Of a stretch of 64,000 nucleotides of DNA, positions 50,879 to 60,033 are shown piece by piece. The number at the start of each line of letters is the position of its first letter. Within the stretch, counting starts at the first letter, position 1. The DNA lies in contig CACAVP010000001.1 in NCBI GenBank assembly GCA_902535975.1, forward strand, positions 6,352 through 70,351, written 5' to 3'. Under the pieces are notes generated by a model, which did not search any database, was not told where the DNA came from, and worked only from the letters and a program-made list of their open reading frames with translations. A program made the position numbers and the translations under genes. This DNA is from an uncultured Gammaproteobacteria bacterium (GTDB lineage Bacteria > Pseudomonadota > Gammaproteobacteria > GCA-002705445 > GCA-002716945).

Positions 50879-51847
50879 TTATCTCTCTCTTATTTTACTC
50901 TGATTCTCCTTAAACCAGTTTATAGTTTTTAACAGACCTGATTTTAGATCAACTTTAGGCTTCCAATTAAGCTTTGTTACTTTATCAGTATTAAATTCTC
51001 TCTCTTTTTGTCCGGCTGGTTGGTTTGTATCATAGTTAAGTTGACCTTTAAAGTCGGTTAATTCAGCTATTGTTTCAGCTAGATGCCTAATCGATGTTTG
51101 AAGACCAGTGGCAATATTGATAGAACCTTCAAATTTGTTATCCACTAGAAGTACTATTGCAGAAATTAAGTCATCTATAAACAGAAAATCTCTCTTAGCC
51201 TCACCATTCCCCCAAATATCAATTGTATTTTGCTTTTTTTGAACACATTCAACAAATCTTCTTATTAGTCCAGGAACAACATGCGAATTGACTACATGAA
51301 AGTTATCATGTGGACCGTAGATATTTGCAGGAATACAATATGCGTACTTAATTTTACTTTTTTCATTTATTGCTCTCAGGTGAACCAACAAACCTCTTTT
51401 TGCATAAGCATATGCATCATTTGTTACTTCAGGAATCCCATCAAGAAAGTCAGCCTCATTCAGCATGCGTCCCTCTAAAATTTTAGGGTAGGCGCACCCA
51501 GTGCCCATCCCAAAAAAATACTCTACATTATTTTCTGATGATGCATTTACGATGTTAGTATTAATTAGAACATTATCGCTATAAAAGTCAGCCTTATTCG
51601 TATTATTTGCATGAATTCCCCCTACTTTGGCTGCGAGATGTATTACAACATTAGGCTTGAAATCAGCAAAAAGTTGATCAGTTATAGATTTGTTTCTCAA
51701 ATCATATTTGCTGCCTATAGACAATATAGATTCATTTTTATTCTCGTAGTAGTTTGAAAGATTCTTACCAATTAAGCCTGTACCGCCTGTAATTAATATC
51801 TTTCGATTCATCATTTTTAGATTATTTTGCATCCCAGCTCTCAGCAC
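50879..51847 (-). CDS. GDP-L-fucose synthase-like 3,5-epimerase/4-reductase (Fcl/WcaG family)
   Basis: AAKVGGIHANNT..ADF and NIYGPHDNFH..NSHVVPGLIRRF are near-identical to Fcl signature blocks. Confidence 0.75.
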   Translation of the reverse strand: MLRAGMQNNLKMMNRKILITGGTGLIGKNLSNYYENKNESILSIGSKYDLRNKSITDQLFADFKPNVVIHLAAKVGGIHANNTNKADFYSDNVLINTNIVNASSENNVEYFFGMGTGCAYPKILEGRMLNEADFLDGIPEVTNDAYAYAKRGLLVHLRAINEKSKIKYAYCIPANIYGPHDNFHVVNSHVVPGLIRRFVECVQKKQNTIDIWGNGEAKRDFLFIDDLISAIVLLVDNKFEGSINIATGLQTSIRHLAETIAELTDFKGQLNYDTNQPAGQKEREFNTDKVTKLNWKPKVDLKSGLLKTINWFKENQSKIRER

Positions 51848-52862
51848 CTATAAGAGTAAATACACAGGGATAGAAAAATCCCTGAGGACACAGCTCTCTT
51901 AATTTGCTTATTACAGATATTCTCTTGGATAGAGGGACAATAAACATCATGAATCCTCCACCACCTGCACCCAATACTTTAGCAGAGAGTGCGCCTGCGC
52001 TATAAGCTGATTTTATATATTTATCAATTTCACCAGTTGTAATAGAAGTTGATGTCTCTTTCTTTATTTCCCAGTTTTGTTCTAAGCCTTTTGCAAATTC
52101 AAATATATCCCCTCTTAGTAGCGCATTTTTCATTGGAGCAACAAGCTCTTTGATTTTTTCAAGCTGAAGATAGATATCAGAATCACCACTCTCAAGTTTT
52201 TTTGTCTGACTATCAATAATATTGGCGGATTCTCTTGATTGGCCTGTATAGTAAAGTACTATGTTTGACTCAAGAATAGATACGTACTCATTTTTTAAAC
52301 GCAGTGGATTAACTATTACATGATCTCCTGGATTAAATTCAATAAAATTAAATCCTCCAAATGATGCAGCATACTGATCTTGTCTGCCTCCATTTAGTTT
52401 CATTTTTACTCTCTCAACTAAAAAAGCATGTCTTGCTAGTTCATAATCCCCGAGACCCAAATTAAGAAAGTCATTAAAAGCTTGAAGTATAGCTATCGTG
52501 AGAGTTGATGATGCTCCCAATCCTGAGCCTATTGGTGCATCTGAGTGTGTTTTTATTCTTACAGGAATAGGTTTGTCATTATTGAAGTGATTTATTACAT
52601 ACTTATATATTTCATGATGTAATTTCAATTGAAATGTTTGATCATCAAAGATTTTATCTAAATCTACAGATTCATTCAAACTTAAGTCTAAAGATTCATA
52701 AAATACTCTATCAGTAGATACCTCAAGCTCACAATAAGCATACATTGCTATAGTAGCATTCAGCACAGCGCCACCTCTATCGTCTACAAAGGGAGATAAC
52801 TCTGTGCCTCCACCAGCAAAACTCAATCTTAGTGGGGCTCTAGCTGTAACTTTTTGTTTCAT
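51822..52862 (-). CDS. hddA: GHMP kinase, D-glycero-alpha-D-manno-heptose 7-phosphate kinase-like
   Basis: RAPLRLSFAGGGTE N-terminus and PIGSGLGASSTL GHMP motif. Confidence 0.65.
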   Translation of the reverse strand: MKQKVTARAPLRLSFAGGGTELSPFVDDRGGAVLNATIAMYAYCELEVSTDRVFYESLDLSLNESVDLDKIFDDQTFQLKLHHEIYKYVINHFNNDKPIPVRIKTHSDAPIGSGLGASSTLTIAILQAFNDFLNLGLGDYELARHAFLVERVKMKLNGGRQDQYAASFGGFNFIEFNPGDHVIVNPLRLKNEYVSILESNIVLYYTGQSRESANIIDSQTKKLESGDSDIYLQLEKIKELVAPMKNALLRGDIFEFAKGLEQNWEIKKETSTSITTGEIDKYIKSAYSAGALSAKVLGAGGGGFMMFIVPLSKRISVISKLRELCPQGFFYPCVFTLIGAESWDAK

Positions 52863-53259
52863 GATGTTTTCTATGTAAAAAATATTTTCTTAATGAAAAG
52901 TTTAATATATAAGTGAAGAATATTAATAAAATTCTGGAGTATAAATAATATACACCAAATATATCAGTAAGGATCCACATTGCAAAAACTGTGAATCCTA
53001 AGACTGCCGTTGATATCAAAATATAGCTTCCGAATTCTAATGTAAAGTTATCTCTAAATCTCCTTGATGAAAAGACCCAATTAACTGAAATAAAATAATT
53101 AACTACTGATCCAACAAAAAATCCTATAGTAGTCCCATATAAATAATAGATATCGAAGTATGTGACTAATAGGTACAATGTCGAGATATCTGATAGTGTA
53201 GCAATGCCCCCTACTACAGCATATTTAAGGCCCTCACTGATTAAACGTTTATCGAGCAC
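52840..53259 (-). CDS. GtrA-family membrane protein
   Basis: 139 aa. YAVVGGIATLSDISTLYLLV. Four helices. Confidence 0.55.
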   Translation of the reverse strand: MLDKRLISEGLKYAVVGGIATLSDISTLYLLVTYFDIYYLYGTTIGFFVGSVVNYFISVNWVFSSRRFRDNFTLEFGSYILISTAVLGFTVFAMWILTDIFGVYYLYSRILLIFFTYILNFSLRKYFLHRKHHETKSYS

Positions 53260-53983
53260 TTTTGAAAAACCTATTGAAAGTATAATATATCAAAAGATAT
53301 ATAGAATTTTTTATGGATTTTGATGAAACGCTTGCAGATGGTGATTTATATGTTATCGGGGTCTCTATACATTTGAATTTTTTCATTATATATCTTATTT
53401 CTGTTTGATAAAAATGTGAGGTTGACTTTATCCCATAATTGATAAGATGCGAAACTGCTTCTCTTTTCATAGCAATAAATCCTGAGGTTCCGTCTTTATA
53501 CGACATACCAAGCAATAAATTAGAAAACATAGTCCCTAACCTTGATAAATAATGTCTAGATGGACGTGAGTTATAAATAGAGCCCCCCTTTATAAATCGT
53601 GACCCAAAGACACAATCGTAATTTTTGTCTAAAAGTTCTAAAAACTTATAAATATCATCAGGATTATGTGATAACCCTCCATCCATCTCAATCACCGCAT
53701 CATGATTATCATCGTATGCTTTAGTATATCCTAGTATATATGCATCAATTGCATTCTTGTTATCTTCACCCCACAGAAAAACAAATCTATCATCTTTAGC
53801 ACTTATTTCCTCACATATTGATCTTGTGTTATCTTTAGATGCATTGTCTACAACTAGATAAATAGTAAATTTGTATTGTAATGAGGCAATCGATGAACAA
53901 ATGCTTTTATACAACTCGCGAGTAGTTTTGCTCTCATTTGCTAGCGGAATAACTATGCCAATAGAATCTAATTTATCATTCAT
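53249..53983 (-). CDS. GT2 polyprenyl-phosphate glycosyltransferase, soluble DPM1-like
   Basis: IVIPLANE, VVDNASKDNT and EMDGGLSHNP motifs. 244 aa. Confidence 0.6.
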   Translation of the reverse strand: MNDKLDSIGIVIPLANESKTTRELYKSICSSIASLQYKFTIYLVVDNASKDNTRSICEEISAKDDRFVFLWGEDNKNAIDAYILGYTKAYDDNHDAVIEMDGGLSHNPDDIYKFLELLDKNYDCVFGSRFIKGGSIYNSRPSRHYLSRLGTMFSNLLLGMSYKDGTSGFIAMKREAVSHLINYGIKSTSHFYQTEIRYIMKKFKCIETPITYKSPSASVSSKSIKNSIYLLIYYTFNRFFKSAR

Positions 53984-54051
53984 ATCAAGCCTTTTATACG
54001 TTCATCAGTTATCACGATGAAATACGTTTTTTAATATCTAAAATTTAATCA

Positions 54052-54597
54052 GTGTATAATAGGTGTATTGTACATGAATATAGTATGAAATATTATAAAA
54101 AAGAAATCCCGGAAATAATAATCTTTGAGCCTAGTTTGCATGAAGATGAAAGGGGCTGTTTTTATGAGAGTTATGTTAAAGAATTTTATGATAATGCAAT
54201 TGGTAGAGATGTAAATTTTATTCAGGAAAATGTTTCAGTTTCGAAACTAGGTGTATTAAGAGGTATGCATTATCAAACGCAGCCTTATGAACAGGCTAAG
54301 CTAATCAGTGTAGCTAAAGGAGAAGTATTTGATGTTGCATTAGATATAAGAGAAGATTCTCTGACTTATGGTAAATGGACAAGTGAAATAATATCATCTG
54401 ATAATAATAAGAGAATGTGGATACCAGAGGGTTTTGCACATGGTTTTCTTGCTTTAACTGATGATGTTGTCCTAAATTACAAGACTACAGAATATTACTC
54501 GCCTGACCATGAGATAATTTTTAAATATAATGATCCTAAATTTTCTATCGATTGGCCAAAGGAAATTAACTACATAATTTCAGAAAAAGATTCATAA
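54052..54597 (+). CDS. rfbC: dTDP-4-dehydrorhamnose 3,5-epimerase
   Basis: Cupin. RGCFYES, RGMHYQ and WIPEGFAHGF motifs. Confidence 0.85.
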   Translation: MYNRCIVHEYSMKYYKKEIPEIIIFEPSLHEDERGCFYESYVKEFYDNAIGRDVNFIQENVSVSKLGVLRGMHYQTQPYEQAKLISVAKGEVFDVALDIREDSLTYGKWTSEIISSDNNKRMWIPEGFAHGFLALTDDVVLNYKTTEYYSPDHEIIFKYNDPKFSIDWPKEINYIISEKDS

Positions 54598-54605
54598 GAT
54601 CAGAT

Positions 54606-55655
54606 TTAATTATTCCGATAGCCTCTGCCGAGTCTGACATTAGATTTATGCTCTTTCAGAATATTAGAGGTCCATTCTTTATTTTCTAAGTACCAGTCAA
54701 CAGTTTTTTCTAGACCTTCTATAATATCAACCTGTGGATTCCATAATAGCTCGTTGATAATTTTACTCGCATCAATAGCATATCTTCTATCGTGGCCAGG
54801 TCGATCTGACACATATTCAATTAAATAATCATAAGATTTATCTGAGGGTACTTTCTCATCTAGAATCCTACAAATATTTTTGACTATATCAATGTTATAA
54901 CACTCATTATCAGATCCTATCATGTAGGTCTCACCTACTTTCCCATTTTCCATTACTGAAAAGAGCGCATCAACGTGATCATCGACATATATCCAATCAC
55001 GAATCTGTTTACCATCGCCATATATTGGTATTTTCCTGCCCAAAAGTGCATTTGTAATTGTGAGGGGAATCAACTTCTCTGGGAACTGATAAGGGCCATA
55101 ATTGTTTGAACAATTTGTGATTATTGCAGGAATATGATGCGTATTAATCCAGGATCTTACCAAATGATCGCTTGAAGCCTTTGATACAGAATATGGATTG
55201 AGAGGATCGTATTTTGTATCTTCGTTGAACTTAATATTATTTTTCACAGATCCAAAAACTTCATCAGTAGAAATATGATGAAAAACAATATTATCAGGGC
55301 AGTCCTTTTTAACCCAGTACTTCGTAAATTCATCAAGGAGAACACACGTCCCCATTATATTAGTCGATAACACAGTAAAAGCTGAATCTATAGACCTATC
55401 TACATGACTTTCGGCTGCCAGATGAAAAATATATTCAGGTTGAAAATTTTCAAAGATATTATGTATCTTATCCTGATCTCTAATATCTGTCTGCTCAAAA
55501 GAATATTTTGGATGTTTCTCGATTGAGACAAGGTTTGTGAGTGAACCGGCATAGGAAAGACAGTCGACATTTAAAACAGTATGACCTCTCTTTATGGCTG
55601 ATAGGGTAACATTTGTACCGATAAAACCTGCGCCCCCTGTAATTAGAATTCGCAT
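54606..55655 (-). CDS. rfbB: dTDP-glucose 4,6-dehydratase
   Basis: MRILITGGAGFIG. YSVSK. RmlB length. Confidence 0.85.
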   Translation of the reverse strand: MRILITGGAGFIGTNVTLSAIKRGHTVLNVDCLSYAGSLTNLVSIEKHPKYSFEQTDIRDQDKIHNIFENFQPEYIFHLAAESHVDRSIDSAFTVLSTNIMGTCVLLDEFTKYWVKKDCPDNIVFHHISTDEVFGSVKNNIKFNEDTKYDPLNPYSVSKASSDHLVRSWINTHHIPAIITNCSNNYGPYQFPEKLIPLTITNALLGRKIPIYGDGKQIRDWIYVDDHVDALFSVMENGKVGETYMIGSDNECYNIDIVKNICRILDEKVPSDKSYDYLIEYVSDRPGHDRRYAIDASKIINELLWNPQVDIIEGLEKTVDWYLENKEWTSNILKEHKSNVRLGRGYRNN

Positions 55656-55658
55656 AAA

Positions 55659-57017
55659 CTAAACTCGATCATATATGTCATCAAATCGTATAATATCATC
55701 TTCTTCAAGATAGTCGCCGATTTGTATTTCAATCAACTTCAGCGGTGTTGACTGATCATTCCAGAGCATATGTTTATCATTTTTATCTATACAAGTTGAT
55801 TCATTTATCGATAAACTAAATATCTTATTATTTTTTTGTATCTGTGCGGTTCCCTCTAAAACTATCCAATGCTCAGTCCTTCTTCTATGACTCTGAAGAG
55901 ATAGTTTGCCATTTGGATCAACATGAAGAATTTTTATTTGATAACCAGGATATTTTAATAGGGATTCATACCATCCCCATGGTTTATATATTTTTTTTGT
56001 TTCCATTGTTTGAAGAGTATCAATATTGGATATAATATTTTTGATGTCACTTAGTTTACTTTTTTCAATACATAAAGTTTTCTGATTGGCGACGACGCAG
56101 ACTATATCTCTTAATCCAATGCCTATGACTTCATGGTTGTTGTCATAGGATTTTACAAAAGAATTTTCTGATTCTATCAGTAAATCCGATGACGAGTGCT
56201 CTGCAATACTCTTCCAGTCTCCCAGATCAGACCAGTGCTTTTCATACTTGAAACAACCTATATTTTCTATTTTTTCCATTATTGCAGTGTCAAACGAAAT
56301 ATTGTTTAAGTTTGTCCATAATTCCGAAATAATATGGGTTTCTCGTGCGTTATAATTCGTCTGAGATGAGATTCTATATAATTTGTCAAATAAGCCTACG
56401 TCGACTTTTTTTATAATTTCTAGTAACTTAGAAACTTGGAATAAAAACATTCCTGAATTCCATAGGTAGTTACCCGAATTAAACATTTCTTCTGCTTTTA
56501 ATTTATTTGGCTTTTCAAAAAAGTTTGTAACCGATGACACAAGAGACTCACCACTTGATTGAATATAGCCATATTGATCTGATGCATATTTAGGTGTAAT
56601 TCCAAATGTAATTACATTGAAATGATCTATAAATTTCATACTAGATTTTACAGCAAAATCAAAGTAATCACTATTTGGTATGTAATGATCTGAAGGCATA
56701 ACTAACATATATGCATCTTGATTTTTGTTCAAGAGGCAGGATATCAATATGCTTGCAGCTGTATTCTTCCCATCATTCTCATAGATAACTTTTTCATAGA
56801 GCTGTGAATCTATTTCATCTATAAAAGGTTTATGTTTTATATTCGTAGAAATTATAGGTTTCTCAAATACCTCACTTTTGCATCGACTGAGTGTCTGTGT
56901 AAGTAACATTTGATTATTAATTATTAATTGGTATTGTTTAGGTTTGTTAACTTGAGATAAAGGCCACAATCTTGTTCCTGAGCCTCCAGCTAAAATCAAT
57001 GGTATAATTTTTTCCAT
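55659..57017 (-). CDS. manC: mannose-1-phosphate guanylyltransferase / mannose-6-phosphate isomerase (type II PMI-GMP)
   Basis: LILAGGSGTRLWPLS NTase domain. C-terminal cupin. Start set at the internal Met (57017) abutting the gmhA stop. Confidence 0.8.
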   Translation of the reverse strand: MEKIIPLILAGGSGTRLWPLSQVNKPKQYQLIINNQMLLTQTLSRCKSEVFEKPIISTNIKHKPFIDEIDSQLYEKVIYENDGKNTAASILISCLLNKNQDAYMLVMPSDHYIPNSDYFDFAVKSSMKFIDHFNVITFGITPKYASDQYGYIQSSGESLVSSVTNFFEKPNKLKAEEMFNSGNYLWNSGMFLFQVSKLLEIIKKVDVGLFDKLYRISSQTNYNARETHIISELWTNLNNISFDTAIMEKIENIGCFKYEKHWSDLGDWKSIAEHSSSDLLIESENSFVKSYDNNHEVIGIGLRDIVCVVANQKTLCIEKSKLSDIKNIISNIDTLQTMETKKIYKPWGWYESLLKYPGYQIKILHVDPNGKLSLQSHRRRTEHWIVLEGTAQIQKNNKIFSLSINESTCIDKNDKHMLWNDQSTPLKLIEIQIGDYLEEDDIIRFDDIYDRV

Positions 57018-57018
57018 A

Positions 57019-57618
57019 TCACTCAGAGTCTTTAACATCTCCGAAAAGCTTGAACTCAACTGACTCACAGATCATATGACCAGCGATAGCATGGACTTCC
57101 TGAATCTTTGGAGTTTGGTCAGAATTAACTGAAATCACAACATCACAATTATCTGCTAGAAGTTTAGTCTCGCACCCAGACATTGCAATTATGCTTTTGA
57201 CTAGTGGCCTAGCGTCTTTTAAAAGTTCAAGAATATTCTCTGATTTTCCAGACGTAGTGTAAACTATCAACGTATCATCGTTTGTCCCAAAAGCTTGTAT
57301 TTGTCTTGAAAAGACTTTTTCATATCCATAATCATTAGAAATACATGTTAAGTTAGAAGTATTGGTAGTTAATGCTATCGCAGGAAGAGACGGTCTATTA
57401 AAATTAAATCTGCCAACAAACTCAGCGCATATATGTTGACTATCTGCTGCGCTCCCTCCATTACCTGCAAGCATGACTTTCCCTTTTTTATTGTATGTAT
57501 CAATAATCAATTCTGAGGCTTTTTTGAGAGATTCTAAGAATTCTCTAGAATTTAGAGATTCATTAATTACTTCTTTGGATTTCTCCAAGGAATTCATGAG
57601 TAGGGTTTCAATGTTCAT
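57019..57618 (-). CDS. gmhA: phosphoheptose (sedoheptulose-7-phosphate) isomerase
   Basis: SIS domain. GNGGSAADSQHICAEFVGRF aligns with E. coli GmhA [21 protein letters not shown]. Confidence 0.75.
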   Translation of the reverse strand: MNIETLLMNSLEKSKEVINESLNSREFLESLKKASELIIDTYNKKGKVMLAGNGGSAADSQHICAEFVGRFNFNRPSLPAIALTTNTSNLTCISNDYGYEKVFSRQIQAFGTNDDTLIVYTTSGKSENILELLKDARPLVKSIIAMSGCETKLLADNCDVVISVNSDQTPKIQEVHAIAGHMICESVEFKLFGDVKDSE

Positions 57619-57622
57619 TTTT

Positions 57623-58435
57623 TTAAAATTTAGTATTGTCTAAAATATCACATTTCCCATCATTTTTTGAATTTTTACTAGTAATTTTAATAAGACCAGA
57701 TACGCGATTTATATTAATTTTTGAATCTGAATTTGTAGCAGCTATTAAAATTTCACTAAATTCTGGTTTATAATATTTTTTTGAATCAAATTCAAATTGA
57801 TAAAAAATCCTATCAGACTCGTTAAAAACAAATGTAAGTTCATGATCATTCATCTGACATAATATGAATTTATTTTTCTTAGCATATTCTGTTTCTGGTT
57901 GTATATATGCTACAGGAGGAATGATATCGTCCATGTCATCTATAGATCTTGTTTTTGTACTTTCATTAACTTCTTTTTCTCTCTGATTTAGACTTTCAGG
58001 GATATCTTTTACAAGCATAGTTTTTGTCTCATTTCTTGTAATACAATACTCAAATGGAATGGTTAGGAGCCCAGAGTCATATAAATGCAATATTACTTTT
58101 TTGTCATTTATGATAAACAAATGATTGCGCCAACCCTTATAGTAGTCTCCTTTTTTCTCATTAATGGATAGACAAACTCTATAACCACTATAGATATCTC
58201 CCAGATGATCGATAGTCAACTTTTGGGGTGCATTTACGAATTCAATTTTTGTCGTTTGATGGTCTTCAATATTATTTATCAAGTAGTCTTTTAAAATAAC
58301 GTTGTATGTTTTGGGGTACTCACCGTAATCATCTTGTGAAACTTTGATATTTAGATCAGAAGATATAACAGATTGAGATGCAATATTAGTACATCCAGCT
58401 AATAAAAAAAATGTTATATAAACTAGAAATTTCAT
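57623..58435 (-). CDS. lipoprotein of unknown function
   Basis: Lipobox LLAGC after a hydrophobic signal. 270 aa. No recognised domain. Confidence 0.4.
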   Translation of the reverse strand: MKFLVYITFFLLAGCTNIASQSVISSDLNIKVSQDDYGEYPKTYNVILKDYLINNIEDHQTTKIEFVNAPQKLTIDHLGDIYSGYRVCLSINEKKGDYYKGWRNHLFIINDKKVILHLYDSGLLTIPFEYCITRNETKTMLVKDIPESLNQREKEVNESTKTRSIDDMDDIIPPVAYIQPETEYAKKNKFILCQMNDHELTFVFNESDRIFYQFEFDSKKYYKPEFSEILIAATNSDSKININRVSGLIKITSKNSKNDGKCDILDNTKF

Positions 58436-58436
58436 A

Positions 58437-58520
58437 TGCCCAGGGCCGGAGTCGAACCGGCACGAGATTGCTCTCGAGGGATTTTAAGTCCCTTGCGTCT
58501 ACCAATTCCGCCACCCGGGC
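58437..58520 (-). tRNA. tRNA-Leu (anticodon UAA)
   Basis: Reverse complement GCCCGGGTGGCGGAATTGGTAGACGC...CTTAAAA loop...GGTTCGACTCC. Class II long arm. Confidence 0.85.
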
Positions 58521-58696
58521 TGTAATTATATTTGTATGTAGACATAATTCTTTTGTTTATATAGTTCGTAATTCACATAAATATAGGAAGTAATATGCTA
58601 AGTAAGATAACATATCATGGTAAATTTTAGTATAGATTTATAAGCTATGGAAAGATTAATTATTATGCGCGAACGGATATTCTTTGGCTGCAATCA

Positions 58697-59938
58697 TCAA
58701 GTACCTTTCTTTCTTAGCATGATCATTACAGTTCTTAAGCCTATCTCTAATTCAAGCCAAAAGGACCAATTTTTAATATAATAAAGATCAAACATTAGCT
58801 TTTCAACAGCATCTTCCTCATTGTGTCCATATCGAAACATAACTTGTGCGAAACCAGTTATTCCTGGGGATACATTATTACGTAGATTGTAATTTTTTAT
58901 CTTATCTGAATAGTGCTTATGTAAATCTATCCATTCTGCTCTTGGTCCAGATATATGCATGTCTCCGAACAAGACATTTAGAAATTGTGGCATTTCATCT
59001 ATTCTTGTTTTCCTCATAAATGATCCATATGGAAATATTCTTTGTTTATCATTAATATTTTTTTCTGTTGTTTTGTCATGCATACTCTTTATTTTTAATA
59101 TTCTAAAAATTTTACCATTCTTTCCAATTCTATCTTGAGTAAAAATGAATCTCCCTGGTGATTGGTGTTGTACCGCTAGAAATGACATAGGTATTATAAC
59201 TAAACATATTGGAATAAAAAAAATAATAACCAACGAGTCAATTAATTTTTTAAGAATGAATTGAAAATAATTGTATCTCATAATATTGCTTTCTTCAGAG
59301 TTGAACTTATCATATGTAGTTTTTCTCAGATAGGATTCTAAAAACTTATCTATATCTATGATTTTATAATTATAGTTCACTTTGTCATCCTCAAGAACAT
59401 TAGATGTATTATTCACAACAAGGGATATTGTTTCATCGTGGTTGTATGAATCAAAGTCCTCGCAGACAGTATATTTGATATTCATATTTTTAAGCAGAGT
59501 AGAATCATTGTTTGATAACTCATATGAGTTGCCTATTATGGCAATTTTAATAATATTTTTTTCATATCGTGCTATTAGCTCATTTCCGACAATGACTAAG
59601 CAGAGAAGAAATGGGGTTAAAACAATATAATCATACACGAACTGCCTATCGCTTATAGCGAGAAGTAATAATACTATTATCATAAAAGAATAAAAAAAAG
59701 ATATGCAGAGATATTTTAATCGATAATTTAAATGGATGAGTATGTTGCTATATTTATTAGAGTGAAAAATAGTAAATAGATGAAAAACTATCCCAAAAGA
59801 TAATAAGGCGAAAAGATTTAATGAAATACTCTCATCTTCATACTGAATAAATGTGATCCAAAAAAGTATTGGAGCGATCATATTGAATAATAAACGAGGA
59901 ATTTGCTTACTATCAAAAATGTACATAACGTCCCACAC
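58697..59938 (-). CDS. undecaprenyl-phosphate sugar phosphotransferase (WbaP/WcaJ-type initiating transferase)
   Basis: C-terminal bacterial sugar transferase domain ...ISGPRAE...SPGITGFAQV.... N-terminal TM helices. 413 aa. Confidence 0.8.
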   Translation of the reverse strand: MWDVMYIFDSKQIPRLLFNMIAPILFWITFIQYEDESISLNLFALLSFGIVFHLFTIFHSNKYSNILIHLNYRLKYLCISFFYSFMIIVLLLLAISDRQFVYDYIVLTPFLLCLVIVGNELIARYEKNIIKIAIIGNSYELSNNDSTLLKNMNIKYTVCEDFDSYNHDETISLVVNNTSNVLEDDKVNYNYKIIDIDKFLESYLRKTTYDKFNSEESNIMRYNYFQFILKKLIDSLVIIFFIPICLVIIPMSFLAVQHQSPGRFIFTQDRIGKNGKIFRILKIKSMHDKTTEKNINDKQRIFPYGSFMRKTRIDEMPQFLNVLFGDMHISGPRAEWIDLHKHYSDKIKNYNLRNNVSPGITGFAQVMFRYGHNEEDAVEKLMFDLYYIKNWSFWLELEIGLRTVMIMLRKKGT

Positions 59939-59954
59939 AGTGAAAAAGCTTACA

Positions 59955-60025
59955 AGGCTAAGGTCGGAATCGAACCGGCGTTGACGGCTTTGCAGGCCGC
60001 TGCATTACCACTCTGCCACTTAGCC
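59955..60025 (-). tRNA. tRNA-Cys (anticodon GCA)
   Basis: Reverse complement GGCTAAGTGGCAGAG...CCTGCAAAGCC...GGTTCGATTCCGACCTTAGCCT. Confidence 0.8.
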
Positions 60026-60033
60026 AAATTTTG

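Noticed and set aside
57019-57068. 50-nt overlap between manC and gmhA as a possible programmed frameshift/fusion
   Set aside because: An internal Met (57017) followed by the conserved IIPLILAGGSGTRL start gives a manC start that abuts the gmhA stop. The overlap is an artefact of choosing the longest ORF.
23692-59938. Island as an integrative mobile element (tRNA-flanked)
   Set aside because: No integrase, excisionase, transposase, conjugation genes or recognisable direct repeat of a tRNA 3' end were seen. The gene content is purely biosynthetic. Homologous replacement is more likely.
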